From the NCBI GenBank assembly GCA_965261395.1, contig OZ253462.1, positions 4,864,001 through 4,928,000 of the forward strand: 64,000 nucleotides of DNA. Direction: 5' to 3'. This stretch comes from Candidatus Latescibacterota bacterium. Its GTDB lineage: Bacteria; Latescibacterota; UBA2968; UBA8231. Positions 10,230 to 19,197 of the stretch are shown here, piece after piece. The translations under genes were made by a program, and so were the position numbers. The notes beneath the pieces were generated by a model that did not search any database, had not been told where the DNA came from, and worked only from the letters and a program-made list of their open reading frames with translations. Each line of letters starts with the position of its first letter. Within the stretch, counting starts at the first letter, position 1.

Positions 10230-13200
10230 TCATCGAATCAAGACCATCTTATTCATCAGGACGTGCTTACTGGTTCGTAGCTGATACAGGTACACGCCCG
10301 AGGTGACCGGGTGTCCCTGCTGGTCGCGGCTGTCCCAGTCGATGGTGTGATAGCCTGCTTCCAATTCGTGGTCGTCCCACAGGGTGCGCACCACTTGCCC
10401 GGCCATGTTGTAGATGGTCAGGGAGACAGGGCCGCTAGCGGGTAGCTGGATATGCAACGTCGTGGTCGGATTGAACGGATTGGGTGCGGCGATGGCAGCT
10501 AACACGGAGTCGGGCATCGCCTGGAGACTAACGGGTTTGGCCGACGCGGCCGTCACCGGAGAGGTCCAGAAACTACTGGCAGAGTTGCTGGGAGGGTCGT
10601 CCGGGCGACAGTTATCTCTATAGGAGACGGACGCGTACAGCCGACTCCCCACATCCGATGTCGTAGGTGTGTAGCTGGACAGCTCCGGGTAGCGCGGCGA
10701 ATTGTCGTCCTCCGACCGCGACGCAGAAATGCTACCCCAACTCCAGCTCGCCCCGGTGATCCCCCCATCCGGGTCCGTCAGCGTCGCCGTCAGCGGTACC
10801 CCCACCTGCGGCGAGTACGAGGTAAGCGACACGGAGCCCGAAGGGCACGGGCGGGGGGGATCGGGTCCGGTTATGAACGTCCTACTCTCGCAGGCTAGGG
10901 ACTCGCCGTTCTTTTTGGCACACACCGTAAAGTCGTATTCGGTGTCGCTTTCCAGACCCGACTCCGTATGGTTAGTGGTATTCCCTACCGAAGTCCCGTT
11001 GACCGTGTAGTCGTCGATCCCCTCGCAGTTGGAGGTACTCCAACTGAGGGAAACCTGATTATGAGTTGACCACCCCGAGAGGTCCAGCACGCAGTCGGGT
11101 TTGGGGTCTTCGGGTTGTTCGGGTTCGGGTTGTTCGGGTTCGGGTTGTTCGGGTTCGGGTTGTTCAGGTGGGGATATGGGCGTGGCCATTATACTCCTAA
11201 ATGAACCCCCTCCCACACTGTTGACCGCCCGCACATAAAATGTATAGGTCGTGCCGTTAGTCAGGCCCGACTCCGTCTTGCTGCGGGCGGAGGCACCGCC
11301 TGACACGGTAGCCCAACTCTCCCCATCGCGCCGATACCGGTAGTGGGTGATTGGCGAGCCCCCATCCGACAAGGGAGCATCCCAATAAAGCGTCACCCAC
11401 TCATCGCCTGCCGACGCCGAGAGGTTGCGAACCGCTCCCGGCTTAGAGACGGCGGGCGTGGCCGACACCCGGCTGGCTGGTCCTTCGCCCGCCGCGTTGA
11501 CGGCCCGCACTTCAAACGTGTATTCGGTGTCGTTAGTCAGGCTCGACACCGTCTGGCTGCGGGCCGAAGAACCGCCCGTCACGTCAGCCCAAGCTGGCTC
11601 CGACGCGGTCCAAGTGTCATGGCTATTGCTGCTGTAGCGATACTGGTAGTGGGTGATCGGCGTGCCCCCATTCGACGCGGGCGCCTCCCAACTAAGCACT
11701 ATCTGCTCATCGCTTGGCGTCGCCTCAAAGTTGACCACCGCCTCCGGCACCGTGGCGGGCGTGGCCGACCCACGGCTGGCGGGGCTTGCTCCCACACTGT
11801 TGACGGCACGCACTTCAAAGGTGTATTCGGTGCCGTTGGTCAGGCTCGACACCGTCTGGCTGCGGGCCGCAACCCCGTCCGACACGGTAGTCCACGCCGG
11901 CTCCGACGCGGTCCAGGTGCTATAGCTGTCGCTGCTGTAGCGATACTCGTATCCGGTGATCGCGGCACCCCCATCCGACAAGGGCACCTCCCAACGGAGC
12001 ACCACCTGCTCAGGACTTGGCATCGCCTCAAGGTTGACCACCGCCTCCGGCACCGTGACGGGCGTGGCCGACCCACGGCTGGCGGGGCTTGCTCCCGCCG
12101 CGTTGACGGCGCGTACCTCAAAGGTGTATTCGGTGCCGTTAGTCAGGCTCGACACCGTCTGGCTGCGGGCCGAAGAACCGCCCGTCACGTCAGCCCAAGC
12201 TGGCTCCGACGCGGTCCAAGTGTCATGGCTATTGCTGCTGTAGCGATACTCGTATCCGGTGATCGGCGAGCCCCCATCCGACAAGGGGGCCTCCCAACGG
12301 AGTACCACCTGCTCATCGCCGGCCGACGCCGAGAGGTTCCGCACCGTAAATCCGGGTGCGACCGACACCCGGGCCGCCTCGCCGGCTCCCACCGCGTTGA
12401 CGGCGCGCACTTCAAACGTGTAGGTTGTGCCGTTGGTCAGGTTGTCTATGGGGTAGCGGGTCGTCTGGGCATCACTGCCTGCTATCTGCGTCCAGTCGGG
12501 ATCCCACGTAGTGCCATCGTTACGCTGCCGATACTCATAGTGGGTGATTGGCGAGCCGTTGTCGTTGGGGGTCGTCCAACTAAGGGTCACCTGCCCCGAG
12601 CCGGACATCGCCGACAGGCTCGGCGGGTCCGGTCGGTCGATCACCGGCTCGGTCCAGACACTAAGGACCGATTTGTTTGCGCCATGCACGTCATCATAGA
12701 CCGCCTCCATCTGTAGCTTTCGCCCGACATCGCGTTTCTTGGGTGTCACTCTCAGTGTATCAGAAAACTGATCTGCTCTGCTCGCCCCCTCCGACGACGC
12801 ACCGCGTTGCCTAGGCCCTAGCGGACGTCTATAATTCGAAAGCCACTGAACATTGGTCATCCTGCCATCGGGGTCTGTCAGCGTTGCCGTGACCGGCTCG
12901 CCCACCCGAGGCTGGGTCGTAGATAGCACCACCGTGCCCAGCTCATCGACATTGGACACTGTTACCAACACCGACACCGTTGCCGACAACGCGCCGTCGT
13001 CCGCAACGACCACCTCCACGGCGTAGCTCGGCTGAGTCTCAAAGTCGGGGGCCTCTTGGAAGTGGAGGGTGCTCGTCGTGCCGCTCCCTTGTAATTGGAA
13101 GGCGCTGGCATCGGCACCCGCCAGCGTCCAGGTCAGTTCGTCGTCATCGGGGTCTGTGGCCTCATAGGTGGCTACGGCATCGGTGCTGTTTTCGTCCACC

Positions 13201-16200
13201 GACGCACTGCTGGGGCCAGCCAACTCCGGCGGACGGTTGGGTTGCACCGGCATAGCAGCCGCATGACCGGCCTTGCCTTCTCCCACCTCGTTGACGGCAC
13301 GCACCTCAAAGGTGTATTCGGCACCGTTGGTCAGTTCATCTCTCGTGTAGCTTGTCGTTTGGGCATCGCTGTCTGGTATCTGCGTCCAGTCGGGATCCCA
13401 AGAGGCGTTGTCCTCATCGACACGCTGCCGGTACTCATAGTGGATGATCGGCGAGCCGTTGTCGTTGGGGGTACTCCAACGGAGGGTCACCAGCCCATTG
13501 CCCGGCGTCGCCGACAGGCTCGGCTGATCTGGCCGGCCGATCACCGGCTCGGTCGGAGCCGACTCAACCGACTTGTCGGTACCTTGGCCGTCCTCATAGT
13601 GCGCCCTCGCCTGCAGCCGTGTCCCAACCATCGCTTGAGTGGGAGTGAACGTCGAAGAAAGCCCCTCCGATGTACCGGCCTCCTCCGATGCCGTACCGTC
13701 CTGCAACCAAGTCCACAGAACATGGGTCATCCTGCCATCGGGGTCTGTCAGCGTTGCCGTGATCGGCTCGCCCACCCGAGACTGGGTCGTAGATAGCACC
13801 ACCGTGCCCAGCTCATCGACATTGGACACTATTACCAACACCGACACCGTCGCCGACAACGCGCCGTCGTCCGCAACGACCACCTCCACGGCGTAGGTCG
13901 GCTGGGTCTCAAAGTCGGGGGCCTCTTGGAAGTGGAGGGTGCTCGTCGTGCCGCTCGCGTCATGGTCCAAGCGGAAGGCGCTGGCATCGGCACCCGCCAG
14001 CGTCCAGGTCAGTTCGTCGTCATCGGGGTCTGTGGCCTCATAGGTGGCTACGGCATCGGTGCTGTTTTCGTCCAACAACACGGTGCTAGGGCCAGCCAAC
14101 TCCGGCGGACGGTTGGGTTGCACCGGCATAGCCAGCACAAGGGCACCCCTGCCTGCTCCCACCTCGTTGACGGCATGCACCCGAAACCTGTAGGTCGTGC
14201 CGTTAGTCAGGTTGTCTATGGTGTAGCTTGTCGTTTGGGCATCGCTGCCTGGTATCTGCGTCCAGTCGGGATCCCAAGAGGCGTTGTCCTCATCGATTCT
14301 ATGCCGGTACTTATAGTGGGTGATTGGTGAGCCGTTGTCGTTGGGGGTACTCCAACTAAGGGTCACCTGACCATCGCCCGGCGTTGCCGATAGGCTCCTT
14401 GGCCGGCTCGGCCGGCCGATCACCGGCTCGGTCGGAGCCGACTCAACCGACTTGTCGGTACCTTGGCCGTCCTCATAGTGCGCCCTCGCCTGCAGCCGTG
14501 TCCCGACCATCGCTTGAGTGGGAGTGAACGTCGAAGAAAGCCCCTCCGATGTACCGGCCTCCTCCGATGCCGTACCGTCCTGCAACCAAGTCCACAGAAC
14601 ATGGGTCATCCTGCCATCGGGGTCTGTCAGCGTTGCCGTGACCGGCTCGCCCACCCGAGACTGGGTCGTAGATAGCACCACCGTGCCCAGCTCATCGACA
14701 TTGGACACTATTACCAACACCGACACCGTCGCCGACAACGCGCCGTCGTCCGCAACGACCACCTCCACGGCGTAGGTCGGCTGGGTCTCAAAGTCGGGGG
14801 CCTCTTGGAAGTGGAGGGTGCTCGTCGTGCCGCTCGCGTCATGGTCCAAGCGGAAGGCGCTGGCATCGGCACCCGCCAGCGTCCAGGTCAGTTCGTCGTC
14901 ATCGGGGTCTGTGGCCTCATAGGTGGCTACGGCATCGGTGCTGTTTTCGTCCAACAACACGGTGCTAGGGCCAGCCAACTCCGGCGGACGGTTGGGTTGC
15001 ACCGGCATAGCCAGCACAAGGGCACCCCTGCCTGCTCCCACCTCGTTGACGGCATGCACCCGAAACCTGTAGGTCGTGCCGTTAGTCAGGTTGTCTATGG
15101 TGTAGCTTGTCGTTTGGGCATCGCTGCCTGGTATCTGCGTCCAGTCGGGATCCCAAGAGGCGTTGTCCTCATCGATTCTATGCCGGTACTTATAGTGGGT
15201 GATTGGTGAGCCGTTGTCGTTGGGGGTACTCCAACTAAGGGTCACCTGACCATCGCCCGGCGTTGCCGATAGGCTCCTTGGCCGGCTCGGCCGGCCGATC
15301 ACCGGCTCGGTCGGAGCCGACTCAACCGACTTGTCGGTACCTTGGCCGTCCTCATAGTGCGCCCTCGCCTGCAGCCGTGTCCCGACCATCGCTTGAGTGG
15401 GAGTGAACGTCGAAGAAAGCCCCTCCGATGTACCGGCCTCCTCCGATGCCGTACCGTCCTGCAACCAAGTCCACAGAACATGGGTCATCCTGCCATCGGG
15501 GTCTGTCAGCGTTGCCGTGACCGGCTCGCCCACCCGAGACTGGGTCGTAGATAGCACCACCGTGCCCAGCTCATCGACATTGGACACTGTTACCAACACC
15601 GACACCGACACCGTTGCCGACAACGCGCCGTCGTCCGCAACGACCACATCCACGGCGTAGGTCGGCTGGGTCTCAAAGTCGGGGGCCTCTTGGAAGTGGA
15701 GGGTGCGGGTCGTGCCGCTCCCTTGTAATTGGAAGGCGCTGGCATCGGCACCCGCCAGCGTCCAGGTCAGTTCGTCGTCATCGGGGTCTATGGCCTCATA
15801 GGTGGCTACGGCATCGGTGCTGTTTTCGTCCAACAACACGGTGCTAGGGCCAGCCAACTCCGGCGGACGGTTGGGTTGCACCGGCGTAGCCAGCACAAGG
15901 GCACCCCTGCCTTCTCCCACCTCGTTGACGGCACGCACCCGAAACCTGTAGGTCGTGCCGTTAGTCAGGTTGTCTCTCGTGTAGCTTGTCGTTTGGGCAT
16001 CGCTGTCTGGTATCTGCGTCCAGTCGGGATCCCAAGAGGCGTTGTCCTCATCGACACGCTGCCGGTACTCATAGTGGATGATCGGCGAGCCGTTGTCGTT
16101 GGGGGTACTCCAACGGAGGGTCACCTGACCATTGCCCGGCGTCGCCTGAAGATCCGTCGGCTTCGAGGGGCGGTCCTGCTCATCCTGCGAATGCACAGGA

Positions 16201-16253
16201 AAAGCAAAAAAGCACATAAAGAAAAAGCTGATCCTACTAATGATGTTCTTCAT
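10230..16253 (-). CDS. 2007-aa secreted repeat adhesin: (FN3-cadherin-Ig) x4, further FN3 domains, C-terminal FlgD-Ig/T9SS-like sorting domain
   Basis: Signal peptide; NGTTYRFRVRAVN FN3 motifs; DENSTDAVATYEA.DPD and APDFE cadherin motifs; APNPFNPTTT...SGVYLYQL C-terminus. Confidence 0.85.
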   Translation of the reverse strand: MKNIISRISFFFMCFFAFPVHSQDEQDRPSKPTDLQATPGNGQVTLRWSTPNDNGSPIIHYEYRQRVDEDNASWDPDWTQIPDSDAQTTSYTRDNLTNGTTYRFRVRAVNEVGEGRGALVLATPVQPNRPPELAGPSTVLLDENSTDAVATYEAIDPDDDELTWTLAGADASAFQLQGSGTTRTLHFQEAPDFETQPTYAVDVVVADDGALSATVSVSVLVTVSNVDELGTVVLSTTQSRVGEPVTATLTDPDGRMTHVLWTWLQDGTASEEAGTSEGLSSTFTPTQAMVGTRLQARAHYEDGQGTDKSVESAPTEPVIGRPSRPRSLSATPGDGQVTLSWSTPNDNGSPITHYKYRHRIDEDNASWDPDWTQIPGSDAQTTSYTIDNLTNGTTYRFRVHAVNEVGAGRGALVLAMPVQPNRPPELAGPSTVLLDENSTDAVATYEATDPDDDELTWTLAGADASAFRLDHDASGTTSTLHFQEAPDFETQPTYAVEVVVADDGALSATVSVLVIVSNVDELGTVVLSTTQSRVGEPVTATLTDPDGRMTHVLWTWLQDGTASEEAGTSEGLSSTFTPTQAMVGTRLQARAHYEDGQGTDKSVESAPTEPVIGRPSRPRSLSATPGDGQVTLSWSTPNDNGSPITHYKYRHRIDEDNASWDPDWTQIPGSDAQTTSYTIDNLTNGTTYRFRVHAVNEVGAGRGALVLAMPVQPNRPPELAGPSTVLLDENSTDAVATYEATDPDDDELTWTLAGADASAFRLDHDASGTTSTLHFQEAPDFETQPTYAVEVVVADDGALSATVSVLVIVSNVDELGTVVLSTTQSRVGEPITATLTDPDGRMTHVLWTWLQDGTASEEAGTSEGLSSTFTPTQAMVGTRLQARAHYEDGQGTDKSVESAPTEPVIGRPDQPSLSATPGNGLVTLRWSTPNDNGSPIIHYEYRQRVDEDNASWDPDWTQIPDSDAQTTSYTRDELTNGAEYTFEVRAVNEVGEGKAGHAAAMPVQPNRPPELAGPSSASVDENSTDAVATYEATDPDDDELTWTLAGADASAFQLQGSGTTSTLHFQEAPDFETQPSYAVEVVVADDGALSATVSVLVTVSNVDELGTVVLSTTQPRVGEPVTATLTDPDGRMTNVQWLSNYRRPLGPRQRGASSEGASRADQFSDTLRVTPKKRDVGRKLQMEAVYDDVHGANKSVLSVWTEPVIDRPDPPSLSAMSGSGQVTLSWTTPNDNGSPITHYEYRQRNDGTTWDPDWTQIAGSDAQTTRYPIDNLTNGTTYTFEVRAVNAVGAGEAARVSVAPGFTVRNLSASAGDEQVVLRWEAPLSDGGSPITGYEYRYSSNSHDTWTASEPAWADVTGGSSARSQTVSSLTNGTEYTFEVRAVNAAGASPASRGSATPVTVPEAVVNLEAMPSPEQVVLRWEVPLSDGGAAITGYEYRYSSDSYSTWTASEPAWTTVSDGVAARSQTVSSLTNGTEYTFEVRAVNSVGASPASRGSATPATVPEAVVNFEATPSDEQIVLSWEAPASNGGTPITHYQYRYSSNSHDTWTASEPAWADVTGGSSARSQTVSSLTNDTEYTFEVRAVNAAGEGPASRVSATPAVSKPGAVRNLSASAGDEWVTLYWDAPLSDGGSPITHYRYRRDGESWATVSGGASARSKTESGLTNGTTYTFYVRAVNSVGGGSFRSIMATPISPPEQPEPEQPEPEQPEPEQPEDPKPDCVLDLSGWSTHNQVSLSWSTSNCEGIDDYTVNGTSVGNTTNHTESGLESDTEYDFTVCAKKNGESLACESRTFITGPDPPRPCPSGSVSLTSYSPQVGVPLTATLTDPDGGITGASWSWGSISASRSEDDNSPRYPELSSYTPTTSDVGSRLYASVSYRDNCRPDDPPSNSASSFWTSPVTAASAKPVSLQAMPDSVLAAIAAPNPFNPTTTLHIQLPASGPVSLTIYNMAGQVVRTLWDDHELEAGYHTIDWDSRDQQGHPVTSGVYLYQLRTSKHVLMNKMVLIR
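11109..11168. repeat. 15-bp tandem repeat encoding a (PEQPE)n linker
   Basis: ttcgggttgttcggg x about 4. Confidence 0.85.
12640..16175. repeat. four ~879-bp intragenic tandem repeats; the middle two are almost identical
   Basis: Identical shadow ORFs recur at an 879-bp offset (13541/14420/15299). Confidence 0.9.
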
Positions 16254-16429
16254 TTTTTACTCTCCTCTTTCGTGATTTCGTGCGTCGAACTGCGAATGGA
16301 CTCTACCTGCCGATCCTAATTTTAATCACGGACTAATGCTACAACTGTCTACCAAAATCACACGTTTGTTATAGAGTAAAATAGACGCCAAAAAAAACAC
16401 GTTTGTCATAAAGTAAAAATATTTGATAA

Positions 16430-16685
16430 CGTGAGTTCGGGTTAAGCGGCCTTCTAACAAGAGTCGTGCATCGCTTTTTAGGGCCGATTTTTAGTTTGGT
16501 GGCACTTGCTTATAGACAGGTTTGCAATGGATACGTTTGCAAAAATAGTACAAAAATTCCCTCTGTCAACCAAGAAATGTTGGTTTTGAGCTTCGTGATC
16601 AACTGGAGATCAAAGCGCGCGCTCAATTTGAACCCGAAAAACTAGCCTGTCGAGCTTTTGCCACTCTGCTTATCCCGAACTCACG
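16430..16685. mobile_element. MITE family A, copy 1 (TIR CGTGAGTTCGGG(T/A)TAAGC), no matching TSD
   Basis: cgtgagttcgggttaagc...gcttatcccgaactcacg; homologous throughout to the inverted copy at 17370-17594. Confidence 0.8.
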
Positions 16686-16934
16686 TTAATCAACCTGAGC
16701 ATACTGGAGCTAAGCGACAACCAGATTGTCGATATAACCCCGCTGACTTTCTTGACCAACCTGAATTCGCTGCGGCTGTTCAGCAATCGGATTGCAAACT
16801 TGACCCCCCTAATTGTCAACGCTGGATTTGGGAAAGGCGATGAGGTAGGCTTGGGCGGCAATCCCCTCAGCGCCCAAGCCCGCAACCAACAGATCCCCGC
16901 CCTGCAAGCACGAGGCGTCAACGTCCATTACTAA
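16686..16934 (+). pseudogene. 3' remnant of an LRR array gene
   Basis: LINLSILELSDNQI...NPLSAQARNQQIPALQARGVNVHY; 5' part lost at the MITE border. Confidence 0.8.
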
Positions 16935-17047
16935 ACCCGAACCAGCCTCTGCACAAAGGAAGCCGTGATGAAAATCCAACTCACCGCTTAGTTCCTCACC
17001 CTGCTGGCCTTTAAAGAGAGTGCCATGGTTGTAAGTGCTCATCCTCC

Positions 17048-17280
17048 ACCCCAAGGCCGCTTCACACCAGAGGATGTCGCGTCCCTAACCCGTATCTCGG
17101 CTAGCGGTACGGCCATTCACAGTGTGGCCGGACTAGAACACTTTATAGCCCTGCAACGGCTGGATCTGAGTACCAATGAGATCGCCGATATAACGCCGCT
17201 GGCGGCCTTGACCGAGGTGGATTCGTTGGCTCTGCAGGACAATCAGATTGTGGATGTGACGCCGCTAACTGGCTTGGCCC
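17048..17280 (+). pseudogene. internal remnant of a class-A LRR gene (paralog of 22680..24359)
   Basis: PQGRFTPEDVASLTRISASGTAIHS...; RBS, start and signal peptide deleted. Confidence 0.8.
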
Positions 17281-17302
17281 CTAAAGGGAGCACCATGTTT
17301 TA

Positions 17303-17664
17303 GGGAATTATATAGTTGACTAAGCGTAGTAGATTCAATCAAGAGCAATCATAATTTAGCTAAGTATTACGTGAGTTCGGGATAAGCAGAGAGGCAAAAG
17401 CTCGCCGGGCTAGTCTTTCGGGGTCTACTTGAACGCGCGCTTTGGTTTCCAGTTGATCCCCAAGCCCAAAATCACCATGTCTTGGTTGACACCGGGAATG
17501 GTCATCCTATCTTGTGCAAACGCACACATTACAACCGTATGTTACTAAGCGGAAGCACGACTCTAGTTAGAAGGCCGCTTAACCCGAACTCACGTAAGTA
17601 TTAACCTTATCATGGGCTCTCATGTTCAAGAGACCCGCTTAGCTTAGCCAAGTATATAATTCCC
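17303..17664. mobile_element. MITE family B (IS1595-family-like ends) with 8-bp TSD, containing a nested family-A MITE
   Basis: TIRs GGGAATTATATAGTTGACTAAGC / GCTTAGCCAAGTATATAATTCCC; TSD ATGTTTTA at 17295-17302 and 17665-17672. Confidence 0.85.
17370..17594. mobile_element. MITE family A, copy 2, with 9-bp TSD
   Basis: cgtgagttcgggataagc...gcttaacccgaactcacg flanked by TAAGTATTA at 17361-17369 and 17595-17603. Confidence 0.85.
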
Positions 17665-17704
17665 ATGTTTTAAGCCCTCCTTTCCCCTCCCAAGGAGAAT
17701 AGCC

Positions 17705-19159
17705 ATGATGCGCTTCGTCCTTTTTGTCCTAGTCCTTACCCTAGTCGCCTGCTCCGACTCCGCCCCGGTAGCACCTCATCCTGCGGGCAAAATCAACTGT
17801 GCCTTGTGCGCGTTCTTGGGCGACGACGACTACACCATTGCCGATGACGACGAGCAGGACACCGATGATAGCCCCGACAGCTCGTCCGAGACAGAAGCAG
17901 AAGCCGATAGCACTCAGGTGGACTCCTCTGTAACAGAAGCCGATAGCACTCAGGCGGACTCCTCTGTAGTCTCGGCCTCAGATCTAGGGAGTTTCTTCGG
18001 GGACGACCGCTACACCATTGCCGACAAGCTTTTCGCCGACACCAATCTGGAACGGGCCGTGCGACAGGCGCTGAATCGACCACAAGGCTCCCTGACACCA
18101 GAGGACTTTGCTCCTCTGACCACGCTTTCGGCCAGCGATAAAGACATTCGTAGTTTGGCAGGCCTTGAGCACCTTACCGCTCTGCAAGCGCTAAACCTGA
18201 GTGACAACCAGATTGTCGATATAACCCCACTAAACCAAATGACCAACCTGAAACGACTAGACCTGAAGAAAAATGAAATAGCCGATATAACCCCGCTAAC
18301 CAACTTGACGAACCTACTTTGGCTAGACCTGAGCAACAACCAGATCGCCAATCTAACCCCGCTGAACCAAATGACCGATCTGTTAAAGCTGTACCTGAGC
18401 GGCAACCAGATCGCCGATATAACCCCACTGAACCAAATAACCAAACTGTCAGATCTACATCTGAGCTGGAACCAGATTGTCGATATAACCCCGCTGAACC
18501 AAATGACGGATCTGAAAGGACTGGAACTAAGGGGCAACCAGATCGCCGATATAACCCCGCTGGCCGCCTTGGACCTGAACTGGCTAGATCTGAGTTTCAA
18601 TCAGATAGCTGATGTCACCCCACTGAGCGACTTAGAGCTGTTAACCCTAGCGCTAATGGGCAATCAGATCGCCGACCTAACCCCGCTGGCTACTTTGAAA
18701 AGCCTGTATTGGCTAAATGTGGGCAAGAACCAGATCACCGACCTAACCCCACTGATCGCCTTGAAACGCGGCCTGCATACACTGTTTCTGGATAACAATC
18801 AGCTATCCGATCTAACCCCGCTGGCCCAATTGACCGGCCTAGGTTGGCTGTATCTGGAACACAACCAAATAGTTGACCTAACCCCGCTGGCCCAATTAAC
18901 CCGACTAACAGGGCTGCTTCTGAACAACAATCAGATCGTCGATCTAACCCCGCTGACCCCGCTGACGAATCTGAATAGGCTGGATCTACACGACAATCGG
19001 ATTGAAGACCTAGCTCCCCTGATAGCCAATCCCGGCATGGATGAAGGCGTTTCAGGGTTTTTGGATAGGGTAACCTTGCGAGGGAATCCCCTCAACACCC
19101 AATCCCTTACCGAACATATTCCCGCCTTGATAGCAAGGGGCGTCAGCATCGAATACTAA
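17705..19159 (+). CDS. class-A LRR lipoprotein (internalin-like)
   Basis: LVAC lipobox, AGKINCALC, acidic linker, ~13 LRRs, conserved GNPL...IPAL..RGV cap. Confidence 0.9.
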   Translation: MMRFVLFVLVLTLVACSDSAPVAPHPAGKINCALCAFLGDDDYTIADDDEQDTDDSPDSSSETEAEADSTQVDSSVTEADSTQADSSVVSASDLGSFFGDDRYTIADKLFADTNLERAVRQALNRPQGSLTPEDFAPLTTLSASDKDIRSLAGLEHLTALQALNLSDNQIVDITPLNQMTNLKRLDLKKNEIADITPLTNLTNLLWLDLSNNQIANLTPLNQMTDLLKLYLSGNQIADITPLNQITKLSDLHLSWNQIVDITPLNQMTDLKGLELRGNQIADITPLAALDLNWLDLSFNQIADVTPLSDLELLTLALMGNQIADLTPLATLKSLYWLNVGKNQITDLTPLIALKRGLHTLFLDNNQLSDLTPLAQLTGLGWLYLEHNQIVDLTPLAQLTRLTGLLLNNNQIVDLTPLTPLTNLNRLDLHDNRIEDLAPLIANPGMDEGVSGFLDRVTLRGNPLNTQSLTEHIPALIARGVSIEY

Positions 19160-19197
19160 ATCCGACTCCGTCCCTTTTCTGCGAAAGGAAGATTGCC

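Noticed and set aside
11343-12716. 457-aa plus-strand ORF and similar ORFs opposite the adhesin
   Set aside because: Arg/Gly-rich shadow of the FN3 repeats in GC-rich DNA.
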